Part shown: one piece after another, positions 11,472 through 24,000 of the stretch
Position numbering within the stretch: the first letter of the stretch is position 1
Layout of the letters: each line of letters opens with the position of its first letter
NCBI GenBank assembly: GCA_010093815.1
Contig: ML996577.1
DNA from: Pseudovirgaria hyperparasitica
Taxonomy: Eukaryota
Strand: one strand, 5' to 3'
Length of the DNA stretch: 64,000 bases
The notes under the pieces: generated by a model
Told to the model about the DNA's origin: nothing
The model's database searches: none
Seen by the model: the letters and a program-made list of their open reading frames with translations, nothing else
Made by a program: the position numbers and the translations under genes

Positions 11472-14080
11472 ATGAAGTTGTTACAAGACCGCAGCGACCT
11501 CTGGTCCACTGCTGTCCTGCTCCTGACTGCATGTTGTCATCGGGCTGTCGCCGCTGACACCGCTGCCGAAATTCTGGAGATCGAGAAAGCTACGAATCAG
11601 TCGCTGCTATGGGGTCCTTATCGCCCAAATCTATACTTTGGAGTGAGACCTCGCGTACCGAAGAGTCTTATGGCAGGGCTGCTATGGGCGCGAGTTGAAG
11701 AGTACGAGGGCATACAGACAAGTGAGTTCTGACTCGATCTTGAGGGCACAGAACGACCTGACTAACGGCAGGAGTGTCTAGATCTCAGGCATACATGTGA
11801 GCAACATGAATTGGATGGTTATGGCTGGAATGAATATGATGTTCGCACCGGTGGCCGTCAGACCATTCACGACCCTGTGAACAAGCTGGATCTTACGACA
11901 GAGTTTGTCAAGGTTCCTGGCGGCGAGCATGGCGGCAATTGGGGAGTGAGGATAAAAGGTGCGCCTCGCGAGGATGCTGCACCAGATCTCAAGAGCACGG
12001 TATTCTTCTATGTCTCACAAGAAGGGCTTGGGCATACGACAGTCACGAACGATGGTGACGCATCTGGATTCGAGGGCTCTATTCACATGGAGGGCTCGGC
12101 TTCTGGCCTGGGAGACTTCAAGATTGAGATTACCGAAGGACCCAAGTCAAATTCGCACCCGAGACACAATCACCCAAGCTACGAGGATAAGCCACTTGAT
12201 AAGACGTTCGTAAGGTCTATACAAGTGCGAGAGGATCAATTATGGCATGTTAAGCCCATCCTGTTCCAAAATCTGAAGGTCACTGTCGACGAAATTATTG
12301 CGCAGTATGGTGAAGATTTTGAGAAGCTGCCACCTCCACCTCAGTTGTATACCCTCACAAATGATATTGGTCATGGAAATATGCATATGATCCAGAAGGT
12401 ATTCGAGGGTCCGTTCGAGTTCGATGTTCTGTACACCTCGGATTCATCGCCAACTCCGATGACCTCTGATGCCCTGACTAAGGCCATCAAAGACGCCACT
12501 GATACTTTCTCGACACGGTTTCTTGAGGTTCACAAGCCGCAAGCTCCCTTTTTCGGTGACCGATTTGAGGAGTTTTCCAAGTCGCTCTTCTCGAACTTGC
12601 TCGGTGGTATTGGCTACTTTTATGGCGACTCAAGGACTGATCGTAGCTATGATCCAGCGTATGAGGAAGACAACGAGGGCTTCTGGGAGGAGGCTGCTGA
12701 TGCTCAGACGCGTCACTCGGCACAATCCCTCACCGATCCTCGAGAACTTTTCACGAGCATTCCGTCTCGCCCGTTCTTTCCCCGTGGCTTCTTGTGGGAC
12801 GAAGGATTTCATCTCTTGCCGGTCATAGATTACGATGTCGACCTCTCGTGAGTTCCAGTGCATTCTTCGAATTCCAACATCTAACCCAAGACAGGCTTGA
12901 CATTATCAAAAGTTGGTTCAGCTTGATGGATGATGACGGCTGGATTGGACGAGAGCAGATTCTCGGTGCTGAAGCCCGTAGCAAAGTCCCGCCAGAGTTC
13001 CAGATTCAGTACCCGCACTACGCTAACCCACCGACCCTATTTTTCGTTCTCCACGCCTTTCTGGATAAGCTCGAGTCAAAAAGTGCCATCACTTCAGGGA
13101 AGGAGTATGCCAAGCGCCTCCTGAACCCAGATGTCGCGACAAGCTACCTACGGGAGCTTTATCCGCTTCTCAAACGCCACTATTTCTGGTTCCGCCGCAC
13201 CCAAGCCGGTGACATCAAGTCATATGACCGCGAGGCTTTCTCCTCCAAAGAAGCCTACCGCTGGCGCGGCCGCACCCCCCGACACATACTCACCTCTGGC
13301 CTCGACGACTACCCACGAGCCCAACCGCCACACCCCGGTGAACTACACGTCGACCTGATGAGCTGGATGGGCATGATGACACGCGCCATGAAGCGTATCG
13401 CCGAATTTCTTGGCGAATCTGATGACATCACCCAATTTGACAAATATGAAACGGCGATTCTTCGCAATCTCGACGACCTGCATTGGGACAGTACTGAGAA
13501 AACATTTTGCGACGCGACGATCGACGACTACGAGGAGAATTTACACGTGTGTCACAAAGGATACATCTCCATTTTCCCATTCATGGTGGGTCTTTTACCG
13601 TCTGATAGTCCGCGCATGAAAGATATTCTGGATTTGATATCCGACCCAGAGCAGTTGTGGAGCGAGCATGGGATTCGCAGCTTGAGTAAGAGTGATGAGT
13701 TTTATGGGACAGAGGAGAATTACTGGCGCAGTCCGGTCTGGATCAACATGAACTACCTCGTTGTACGCGAGCTTCTGGTATGTCACCCTTCCCTTTGCGC
13801 CCTCCGTTTTCGGTCCTGCTAACCCGAACAGAATGTCGCCCAAACTCCCGGCCCCCATCGTACTCAGGCAGCCAATATCTACACCTCTCTCCGCACGAAT
13901 CTCGTCCAGACGGTCTACGACTCATGGCTCGAAACAGGCTTTGCATGGGAGCAGTACAATCCCGAGACGGGCAAGGGCCAGCGCACGCAGCATTTCACGG
14001 GGTGGACGAGCCTAATCACGAAGATTATGGCGATGCCGGGCTTAAGTGCAGACGGAGGAAGGGTGCGGGATGAACTATGA
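11472..14080 (+). CDS. CWH41: Mannosyl-oligosaccharide glucosidase I (GH63), 3 introns, C-terminal RDEL
   Basis: LLWGPYRPNLYFGVRPR, PSRPFFPRGFLWDEGFH, SGLDDYPR, YWRSPVWINMNYL, WEQYNPETGKGQ..HFTGWTSL; ends CGG GAT GAA CTA TGA. Confidence 0.95.
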
Positions 14081-15138
14081 TTTAAAAAGATATGGGGATT
14101 TGATGTATAGAATCCGACCTATGTTAAAAACGGAATGTCCTGGGCGTTTGCTATACTTAGAAGTCTATTATATCCTTCAAACGACGAGCATCAGAATTGT
14201 CGGATTCTTGGCGCATGTGAAATAGCAATTTGTGGGCTAATTTGGATGCTCGCATAACCGCGCCGACGATCCGGCTGCTACAGCTCCCACGGTCTACGGT
14301 CAAAATACGAAGCTCTTCCCCGCATTTGATACAAGATCTGATGATGGTACTTCAAGATATATGGCTGTTCGTCATGGTGCATGACCGGGAGTTGGTCCTT
14401 CTGCTAGGATAGGTTACTCACAGCGGTCCAAGAGCAGGATGCCACGCGCTTGCCAATGTTGCAGTAGCAGCTGTGAATATCGGAGGGGCATACTACTGGA
14501 GAGTTCGGTCGATAGCAAAAATGTCTATGTTACACTCCACTAGTCAGATCGACCATTTGAGGTACTGCTCCCGCTACATCGCACTGTCGCCGAGCTGATC
14601 TGCTGGTCTCTCTGTCATCTGCCCCGAAAGGTGTGGTCCACATAAGTCGACAATAGTTTTGTCCATTCGACACCGAGTGTATGAGGATACTAAGCATCTC
14701 TTGTGATGCATGGATTGTGCGACAGGATGGCACATTCTCAACTGCCGATACTTGCATTCTTCCGACAAATTAGGCACAACGTTGCAACAACGTCCTCGGC
14801 TCGTCCAATAGAACGGTGATCTAGCTGTCAAACAGTATGTCCTGGTAGATCTCCTGTTGAGATTACTAGTAATATGAAAGGCCCTTGATTCGAATACTAT
14901 GACGAATCCTCCAGTAGCTTGTCGAATTGTGATCCTTGTTTGATCAATATACACAGTATATCCGTCTCAAGCTCACCCAGTGTCCACATGCCTCCACATT
15001 TGGGGCGTGCTCGAATCCGAATTTCTATTTGGCCTCGCAAAGCATATAAATATCGCTTCCCTTTCCAACTTCTGTAGTCTCAACTTTTCTCCTCCCGTCT
15101 CCTTTCTCGCATCCCAAAGTCATAAACAACAGCCTTCT

Positions 15139-15960
15139 ATGCGGTCCAATATACTCGCACGCCTCATAGGCGTCTCCTTGGTTCCCCTAGTCTCCAGCCA
15201 CGGCCACGTCTCCGGCATCGTCGCCGACGGCATCTGGTATTCAGGCTACGATCCGGCATTTGCATACGCCAACCCTATTCCCAAAGTCGCCGGCTGGACG
15301 GCCTCGAATATTGATAATGGCTTCATAGCGCCGGACGCGTTTGGAACGTCCGATATCATCTGCCACAAAAACTCCTCTGCAGGACAGGCCTATGTCACTG
15401 TCAAGGCCGGCGGAAAGCTGGTCTTCCAATGGAGCACATGTAAGTCACCGAGTCCAAATAGCAATACGATGATAAACTTATCGAACCCAGGGCCCGTCTC
15501 ACACGTCGGCCCGGTCATCGACTACATCGCGCCCTGCACCACAAGCTTCAATACCACCGATCCCACCAAGCTCAAATTCGTCAAACTCGACGCTGGAGGC
15601 TGGATCTCCGGCTCCAACCCGGGCAAATGGGCGACTGACACGCTGATCGCATCCAATACGTCCTGGGCCATTACTGTGCCGGCAAAGCTGGCGCCGGGGG
15701 ATTATGTGTTTCGCCATGAGATTATCGCGTTGCATTCGGCCGGCCAGACGAATGGTGCGCAGGCGTATCCGCAGTGTGTAAATGTGCGCGTGACGGGGGC
15801 GGGGACTGCGGTGCCGAGTGGAGGCGTGAGTGCGGTGCAGTTTTATAAGGCGAGTGATCCGGGGATCAAGTTTGATGTATATACGTCTTTTACCGGGTAT
15901 GTGGTGCCTGGGCCGGCGGTTTGGACGGCGGTTAAGAGGGCGGTGGAGATGGTGTGGTGA
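15139..15960 (+). CDS. AA9 lytic polysaccharide monooxygenase (GH61), secreted, no CBM; 1 intron (15440-15490)
   Basis: Signal peptide then His1 (HGHV), DIICHK, WPVSHVGP after splicing, RHEIIALHSA, GAQAYPQCVN. Confidence 0.95.
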   Translation: MRSNILARLIGVSLVPLVSSHGHVSGIVADGIWYSGYDPAFAYANPIPKVAGWTASNIDNGFIAPDAFGTSDIICHKNSSAGQAYVTVKAGGKLVFQWSTCKSPSPNSNTMINLSNPGPVSHVGPVIDYIAPCTTSFNTTDPTKLKFVKLDAGGWISGSNPGKWATDTLIASNTSWAITVPAKLAPGDYVFRHEIIALHSAGQTNGAQAYPQCVNVRVTGAGTAVPSGGVSAVQFYKASDPGIKFDVYTSFTGYVVPGPAVWTAVKRAVEMVW

Positions 15961-16533
15961 GGGGAGGGTGATTGTGTATGGCTGTTGTCTTCGTTAGCTG
16001 GATAGCTTCAGATATGGCAATTCAATCGTCCAGAACTCGCTCTTAATTTCCAGGGAGTTTAGATATATACTATACCATCCTATCGAATTCCTCATCCTCT
16101 TTAGTCCACTGAGATTCAATTCCCACTTCGTGGCCAGCCATTCCTCCGAGCAGATCTCCAACCCAGGCATCCTCCACGCCGCCGCCAGGAACACTCTCTC
16201 CTCGCGCATACTCTCGATGATTCGCTCATTGGCAGGGAATAGATTGCTGTTATACGCTATGCGTAGCGCCATGGTGCGGTTCTTCTGTTGCTGCCAGGTG
16301 CGCGGCCAGGGGAGGGGGATGGCACTGGACGAGTCAGCGCCGTTCAAGAAACTGTTTCAACCGCTAATTACTGACAGAACATGGTCCATCTCTATATTCC
16401 TGAGACCTTTGATGTCAAGCAGCGCGGAGCCAGTGATGCTATTCAATATCATCAGATCCATGGAGTCGTGACTGGGACTATGGGAGACTTACAGGCTACC
16501 GGTGTCGAGATTTAGGATCTTGTGTAAGATGAT

Positions 16534-16620
16534 GATGCCCTCGTGCATGTAGATTGATGCCCTCGTGCATTTAGATTGATGCCCTCGTGCATTTAGATTG
16601 ATGCCATCGTACATGTAGAT
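16534..16620. repeat. 22-bp minisatellite, 4 copies
   Basis: GATGCCCTCGTGCATKTAGATT at 16534, 16556, 16578 and 16600 (last copy degenerate). Confidence 0.95.
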
Positions 16621-17701
16621 GTCTCTTTTATGGTCTAGTACGCAGTCGCGCCATAACTCCTCTGGGGTTGCATAGCTGCGGATGAAGTAGATTGGGCAAA
16701 CTGTCTGGCATTTTGTGAGGATGAGGTTTTCTTTAAGCTGGCTCTATCGTCCATAGTAGCCGTGGTATGGGTGGTATCTACGGCCCGTGGTGGTAGAAGT
16801 ATGAGTGGTGTGGCTGGTTGAGCTTTGGGAGTGTGTTGACTTTCTTCAAGTGTGGACTGGGAAGAACTTGAGCTATGGTCGTGGTCAGGGCGGCGGCAGT
16901 ACAACTTTTGGGCACTAGCATGGCAGTAGAGGTAAATATCATATCACTTATCACGAATTTAGATTGCCATGGAAGTCGGGTGTCTATTAATTGTATTCCA
17001 TTCCATCTCTTGTTCTGCTAGTTGAAGGGTTTTCACCTGTCCCCTGCCTGTAATGCTATAGTGAGTTGCAAAAGTCGATCTGGCTGATTCTTTGTGACAG
17101 TATGTTGAGAAATACTACTATGACTGTATTGTCTTAATGCTTCATTCTTCCAGGGACCACTCTCGGTTTTTATATTCCCAGCCTACCATCCGTCACCTCC
17201 TGATGATCAAGGCTTTTCTAGTGTAAGTCGTGATTGATGCTCACGGATTCCGCCGAAACTTAAGTCGATACACTCAAAACTCGGTACCAGATATAAATGA
17301 AAGCCATGGTTGGTATGTACCTGCCTAGTCTTGAAAGCATCTTCAATGAGAAGTGTTGCAAGGAGCCATACCGTAGGGGCTACATGGCCTTGTCTCAAGA
17401 AACTGGGCATTCGTGATCTGGCTTTTGAAGCTCATCAGAGCTTCTCGCTTATCAGTATAGGTATCATCATGACAGAGGGGCATGACGCGTTTCTGCACAA
17501 TAGCTCCCAACACTCAATCGACCATACCTTTCACCACACCTGCTCCGAATCAATTAGCGCCTGGCCGTTCAGGCAAGGAATACTATGCTTTGATCAACCA
17601 GATCTTCTGCAGCTCATAAAGATCTGACAAGCTTAAGAACACACAAATACTCATATCTCACACAAAAATCATTTCTAGCCACAATGTCTTTAATATTCTC
17701 C

Positions 17702-18240
17702 ATGGCGTCCATCGACAAGCCCAACCAAGCTTGCTTCTGCCACTACCAATACCACCATTTTTACACTTACCCTCTGTTCCCTGGCGAAACCCTCTTACAC
17801 TCCAGCTGCGAGTCCATATGCCGGTTCGAAAGCTGCGAAGAGTCCTTTGAAGACCCGATAGATTTCCGCACGCACGTCCTGACAGCACACCTTGACCTTC
17901 TCCTGGCCCTCGACATCACAGTGTGCGAGAAAACAGTGGACGTGGAAACTGGCGAGATGTACGCTCTATCTACCTCCTAAATGAAACTCCTCTTCGATCT
18001 GAGCCCGTACTGACTGTATCTCTAGGTTGGAGCCAAGGGAGCTCAACTCCTATTGGCATGGGATACGCCCATTGGTGATAATCAAGAGGGCACAGTAGTG
18101 AGTGACAGCGGTACCATGAATCAATTTGAACCGCAGCTAATATCTATACCCCTAGTGCTACTGCACGCCAGCAGTACCTTGCCGCGGTGGAGGAGCAGAA
18201 GAAGAAGAAGAAGCTGGAGCTCACAGACAAGATGGACTGA
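17702..18240 (+). CDS. Small CxCH/C2H2-like Zn-finger family protein, copy 1 (2 introns)
   Basis: ACFCH...SCESICRFESCEESF...FRTHVLTAH...DVETGE. Introns 17959-18025 and ~18098-18155 splice to YATARQQYLAAVEEQKKKKKLELTDKMD*. Confidence 0.6.
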
Positions 18241-19055
18241 ATGGAGCTGTTGGCGCCCCAGAGCGCAAAGCTAGTGGGCGGAAGCATGGCACTACGAGGA
18301 GTGATGCCGTGCGTGTAGATTATAGCAAATGAAATGATTGACATTACAATTGAAGACCGTGTGTTCGTGTTCTCGCGTAGGCCTCATGTGCTCTCAAAAG
18401 CCCAGTATCAATAGATAATGTTTTCACGTCTGACTCTCGAGATTCCATGAACGATATATGAGTAATGATACTAACACACAGATCTTAAGCCAAGATACAT
18501 ATATACTAGGCTTTTAGTACATATAAATATATGAACTTTCGTCCCTAGAACTTCTACGTAATGGAGTATCTACCAAGTTATATATATGCCTAAGCATTTA
18601 GCTACTCCGACGGAAGTAGGCCTGGATAAAAGCGAGAAAAAGCGTGGCGTTCTTAATTGCCAGACGGAGTGACTCTTTTTAAGAGACTGTAAATGGCGCG
18701 CCAAATTCGTGATTCTCTAGCACATTCTAGGCTTCCTAAGTGTAACTAGAAGCTAGATTGAAAGCTCGGCTGGGGGGAGATATCAGTGATTATGATAGAC
18801 ATTGCGACTCAATGGAAGTCTTGCTGCTTCACGACATGATTCTAGCGCTTAGATCCCAAGTATCAACGGATCTATGTATTTGATTCCTCTTTGATAGCTA
18901 TGTGATAAAAAACTTTTCGCAAACTTCACATAGGACATGGCGCGAGACAGACCATAACAAATCGACAAATAGACTGTAACACGCATCGAAACCTCGCACA
19001 CACCATAAGCCACTCTCCATTTTATCCTCTTCGCACCCCAACCAAGCCTCGCAAG

Positions 19056-19660
19056 ATGCCACGTCTCTGCTGATCCGAATGCGCTCTGTCGCAGACACCA
19101 GCCGCCAACACCACACCCACGCCCTTCACTTGCGTGAACGGTACCTCACAGCTCTTCGAAATCGCGAAGAAGCCGAAGAACTTCAGCCGTTCCCTTGCCT
19201 TCCCTAGTCATCTTGTGACGAAGCATGCGAAACGATTCGCAGATCCAAATGTGTCCCTCAGACACTGATCGACCGTATCAGTAGCTCACGGTCAGCACAC
19301 ACCATACAATCACGTAGCGAGATACTTGACACAGAGCGCGCCAGACAACATGGAAAAAATCGGTCGGACTAAAAAGGGCAAGGATACACGACGTGGAGCA
19401 CGTCTACATAAGAGACCTGAGCGCGCACAAGCAAGAATGTAAACGCTGAGCAGGACGCATAAGTACATAAGGGAGAACAAGATTCCAGACTCTATTGCAG
19501 CAGCTACCATGCTCGCGAGGCGCCTTGGTGCGTGCCGAAGAGGAAGCATAATGGGGACGGCGGAGCACAGTAAAAATGTACAGGATGGAGATGCGGATGG
19601 AGATGCGGATGGAGATGTGGATGGAGACACGGATGGAGATCCTGCGGGCGACTAATGAGG
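19056..19660 (+). pseudogene. Degenerate copy of the CxCH/C2H2-like family
   Basis: ATG 19056 gives MPRLC*SEC...FEIAKKPKNFSRSLAFPSHLVTKHAKRFADPNVSLRH*, which aligns by eye to MPCVCH...FEVCLKGPPKKHKFGTPLKLRRHVANVHGLDLNSIGVRL of the 37905 copy. In-frame TGAs at 19071 and 19266; basic and then acidic tail remnants downstream. Confidence 0.45.
19583..19642 (+). repeat. 12-bp tandem repeat x5 (would encode DGDA-type units)
   Basis: GGATGGAGATGC-like units at 19583, 19595, 19607, 19619 and 19631. Confidence 0.9.
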
Positions 19661-20779
19661 TCTTGAACAAGTTAGGATGCGGCTGCTCTGGTATGGATGT
19701 AGATGATCGGTGAGTAAGAAGAGATTGTACTCTTGTAGAACAGGGCTCGTGTATCAACAGAGACATCACAATCACAAAGAAGAATATGAGGCGTTTATCC
19801 GCCATGACCGGAGTACCATATATACCTACTCCACTGTCATAGAGCATACAATATTCGACAATACTAGTTGCTACCTAAAGCATCTATCAGTCATTGGAGG
19901 TCAAATATTAGAAGATAGATTCCCGATGATGATGCTCGGGCAGTACAACGGGATGCGGGTGGCCATAGACCTATTCACGGAAAACAGTAATTGAGACCAG
20001 AATGAAACGTTGCGCCTGAGTACGATAGTCTCTACAAGTGCCTCTCATTCCTAAGCATGAACTCCTCGTTGAGATTATTAACACGCCTCACTAGTGCTTC
20101 ATATCATGCTCCAGTGGTTATGTCAAGACATAGGGTGCGAAGGATCCGATAGTTCACTATAAGTGTATAGCTGCACGATATACCCGAGCCAAGTGATCGA
20201 GGATCAGGCAGTGAACCTTCATTTACTAACTTTAAATACCTGCCCTTCGCTCCGTCCGCCCAGCCTCTATAACACTCTACAAGATACACGCCTGCTGCTG
20301 CTGTCTCTCGAGGTTCCATATCAGGTCCCTATAATCTCTAGCAGAGACCGTGCCAAGAGCTTCTCTGTCCACCATTGACATGTTAGCCAACGATGGTCCT
20401 GGAATGGAGTATGAAGATAGTGTGCAAAGATAGGTGGTAAGAATGGCGAAATTACTGTTTCGGAATATTAGCCCTCTGTGTAAAGGTACGTGAGCTTACG
20501 CGTGTTCATGTACTTACGGTGGTTATTGCTGGTTTCTGCCATGTTAAATAATTCGACCGTTTTGACCCACGAAGATGTTCACGGCCCGGGACCTCTTTGA
20601 AAAAAGCTTCAATAAGCAATGTATCTAGACTTGATTCCCGTACTCGCGCACTCTAGCATTGAATAATGGCACAAGTGACGACGTAAGGAAATATTTAAGC
20701 GAGCCTAAGATAGAGTAAGGCATGGGCCGAAGCCGGTTTACTTCTACCATAGTTAAAGATATTCGTTGTGATCGATCGT

Positions 20780-21690
20780 CGCAGGCGCGGCGGGTAATAT
20801 GTCCGCGCCTGGCTCTAGTTGTTATGTTTGTTGTTGTCATCGCCGGAGCGTGGTTCTCATTTCTGTCCGTGACGGCTTGTTAGAAACTTTTGCAGTGTAA
20901 GACTAGCGTAATGGACATACCTTATTCCAGACCGACTGATTGTATATGAGTTGTGATTGCAGACTATTATGAATCGCTGCCATCAAGCATAGCAGTACTT
21001 TTGAGCAGTACAAGCAATTGTCCACGCCATTCACTGCAGCCACGCCTGATGCTTACGAAGAGAGCAGACGCCCTATGAATCAGGGCATCCGCTCTCTTCG
21101 TGAGCAATAGACGCGTCTTCTTGGGAGGTTTGTTTAAAATCCTAGAAGCAGACCATTCATATTAGTAACTCGAAGGTTAAGGTGTTACAGGACAGTTGAC
21201 CTACCAAAATAGCTGTGGAGTTCTGTATGTATTGTGGCACCTCACTGGAGAGCGATTAGAGAGGGGATCCCTACACCTAGCTGCCCTCCAGTGAGGTATT
21301 TCACCAAGAAGAAAAGAGGAAAAGAACAGGCCGCTGTGTGGTATTAGATCGCGTGTAAATTAGAGTTGAGTATTCAAGGGGAAGGAACTTACAATCTGAG
21401 TACCGACCCCGAGCTCGATGCAATGACGAAGACGAATCAGAGTCGTCATCGCCTCGAGCTCAGGGTCTGCCTTTGCCAGGGCTTCAAAATCGTTCTCTGA
21501 ACGACGAGCACAACAATGACCCACTCGATCCATGCCTCAACAGCAATGGACCGGGAACACGATGACCATCCTTGTGCTCAGCATTTAGCATGGTCACACG
21601 TACAATAGACCACGTGAGGGCCGTGAAATGTTGTAGCAAGAAGAAGTTAAAGCAGAAATAATTTGGAGTTGAAAGTTGTAGAAGGAAAGA
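20780..21690 (-). ncRNA. Candidate spliced non-coding transcript with one hairpin per exon (pri-milRNA-like)
   Basis: TATATA at ~21716-21725 followed by a pyrimidine-rich tract on the minus strand. Canonical minus-strand introns 21334-21392, 21142-21204 and 20863-20920. Hairpins 21405-21467, 21239-21297, 21051-21105 and 20782-20811. No open frame across exons 1-2. Confidence 0.55.
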
Positions 21691-22957
21691 GGAGGATCTG
21701 GGGAGGAAATGGGTGAAATATATAGAGACCTGGCAACGGCGCTAGCGAGCCCGCTCCGAAAAACCCAAGGGCTCGTAGAATAATAGCTTCACATTTTGGT
21801 TGCTTACTGGCTGGATTGCAGACGCCAGATCACATACAGCACCATCAATTCTTTTTCAATATTCTCTATCACTGTTCGTGATCGTTTGCAGAGGCAGTGA
21901 GCTTGATCTCTGCCTTTTCTGGATCTACAGAGAGCTTCGTTGATTAACATTCGGTCTCCGGCGACCCCCTGAGAGCTTGAGCTTCATATGAACTGCTGAA
22001 TTGCAAGCCTTGTAACACACCCTGCCCTTATACAGAGAGTCTACATCTGTTTCAAAGTACCTGCAAGCAGCTCGCCTTGCTGGAATACACCTCCTTACGT
22101 ATCTATTGCAGATAGAGGTCAGTAACGAAATCAACACGGCTCAACAACCTCACGCACCTCTCAAGCATTCAAGCTCTCGACCCACATTCTCACTTGCACT
22201 GTAGCTCTCGCAGGGGTCCTACAATTCCTAGCCCTCGCTGATACCAGCCATTCAAGTGTCATCACTGGCGAGAAGTATCCATTGACGATCAGATCTCCCG
22301 AAAGTCTCACGTGCCACTGAAGCACAAACGACCTCCTCCTCCTCCTCCCTAACTCCATAAGTCCCTCGAAGATAGCGCGACTCGCCATTCTCGATAAAGC
22401 TAGTCTCAAGATTGCCTGCGGCAGGAAGAGCATTGAAAGAGACATTTCAACACCGAAGAGACTCCCACGTCCAAGAGACTTGAAGAGGTCAAAACCCCTC
22501 ACAAAACGATCAAGTACGACGGCATCACAAGCCCCTCATCCCACCTCCTCATTACATCTCCTCCTTCTACCACGATATCAAAGCTCTTGAAACGACAGGA
22601 AGACCAAACCTCGTCTTATAACGTATACTCCGACGTGCTACGACGCCCAGTAATAGATTGAGCTTGAAACCTTCTCGAGCGGCCACAATCCTTACCAAGA
22701 GACCAGGAAAAAACGTGGAAAGCACTCTAGCTACTTCCAAAGCTCTTTTGAGCGCTATCATAAAACCCTCGCCTTACCGCAAACAAGCCCCTGATTGCCT
22801 TGGCTGAACAAACCATCTCTTTTCCAAAAGGCTAACCAGAAAACGTCGGCCTGGTGTCTCGGAGTCCCTCAAACGAGCCAAACGCAAGAACAAACACAAA
22901 CCTCCACGCCCACTCCTTCCGCTATACTCGTCTCAGCCCCTCTATCAAGACGTTACA

Positions 22958-23862
22958 ATGCCCTGCCATTGTCATGCTGGTCGCAAGGTCCCACAATGGC
23001 CACCAGGCCCGGGCACTGTGTTCACATTCTCGGAATGTGAGCATGTATGCGGCGACGTGACATGTCCTGCGGGTGATTGCATCACCCACGAGAATCTACG
23101 CCTACACTTCGTCCAGGCCCACGAAGCCGAGTTTCTCGAACGTGGCGTTATAATCGCGGACCATGAGCTTAACTTGGACACGCGCGAGCTGTAAGTACCT
23201 TTCCATGACGATGAAGGCTGTGCCTTACGCGATCATTGTGCTAATTAATGTCGTATAGCGCGGATGTAGCCCCGGGCATCGTCGACACCGTCGAGCGCGT
23301 CCGGAGAGCTGAAAGGGAGAGGGGTCAGTCCTCTAAATTAGCTGGACAGGGCTATAAAGTCACAAAGTCATCCCGTCCTATCGCGGGCCAAGTCGGCAAG
23401 AAGACGAAGCGCGCAGAGGATAGCGTGGCTGAAAGACTGTCAAAGATGACGCTTGGGGGTGGAGAGGACGCAACCAAGCACAAAGAGGAGGGCAGCAAGG
23501 CCGTAAAGACCCAAGCCTGGGCACTGAATCCGGACTCAATCGAGTACGATGAAGAGGCCGGACATGGGTCAGCTACCATTGTAGCGGCTGCCGGCTCTGA
23601 AGGTATCGATGAGTCGGATATCAGGGAGGCCTTCCGGAAGTTGAATATCCAGAAGAGGCGTGAGAAGTTGGCGAGCGGGCCTCGCAGGATGACGACTGGC
23701 CGCAAGGCACCAGCTATAAAAAGCTCGAACGTACCTGTCATCCTCGTGTCCCACGCCGAGGATGCGGGCGCAGATAGCGAGGCCCTTGGTGGTATCAGTG
23801 GTCCTGTGGGAGCGGAGAAGCCTGACTTCGATGAGGATGATGCTGAGATGGAGGATGTCTGA
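22958..23862 (+). CDS. CxCH/C2H2-like Zn-finger family protein, copy 2 (intron 23191-23258), disordered basic/acidic tail
   Basis: MPCHCH...WPP...ECEHVCGDVTC...LRLHFVQAH...LDTREL splices in frame to ORF 23248-23862. Confidence 0.75.
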
Positions 23863-24000
23863 CCTTGTCGACAAGGCGGACCGGGCTACACTAGTAGCAT
23901 ATAGCGGAGAAGCGTGCTTCAAGACGACGTACTAGCAGTAGCTGGTAGAGGATAGAGAGGTTGTGATAGTAGGTAGGAATATGATATCGTCGTCGTTGCC

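Noticed and set aside
16534..16620. CRISPR-like array
   Set aside because: Units are directly adjacent with no unique spacers; eukaryotic context; no cas genes.
17640..17670. Ndt80/MSE-like CACAAAA sites upstream of the Zn-finger family
   Set aside because: Seen upstream of only some copies; the motif is short enough to occur by chance.
18480..18760. RIP-mutated transposon remnant
   Set aside because: Mildly TA-rich but short, with no terminal repeats or TE-like ORF relics.
20625..20840. Zn2Cys6 transcription factor relic (ITRRACDDRSQR)
   Set aside because: Only one Cys of the six-Cys pattern is present; likely chance.
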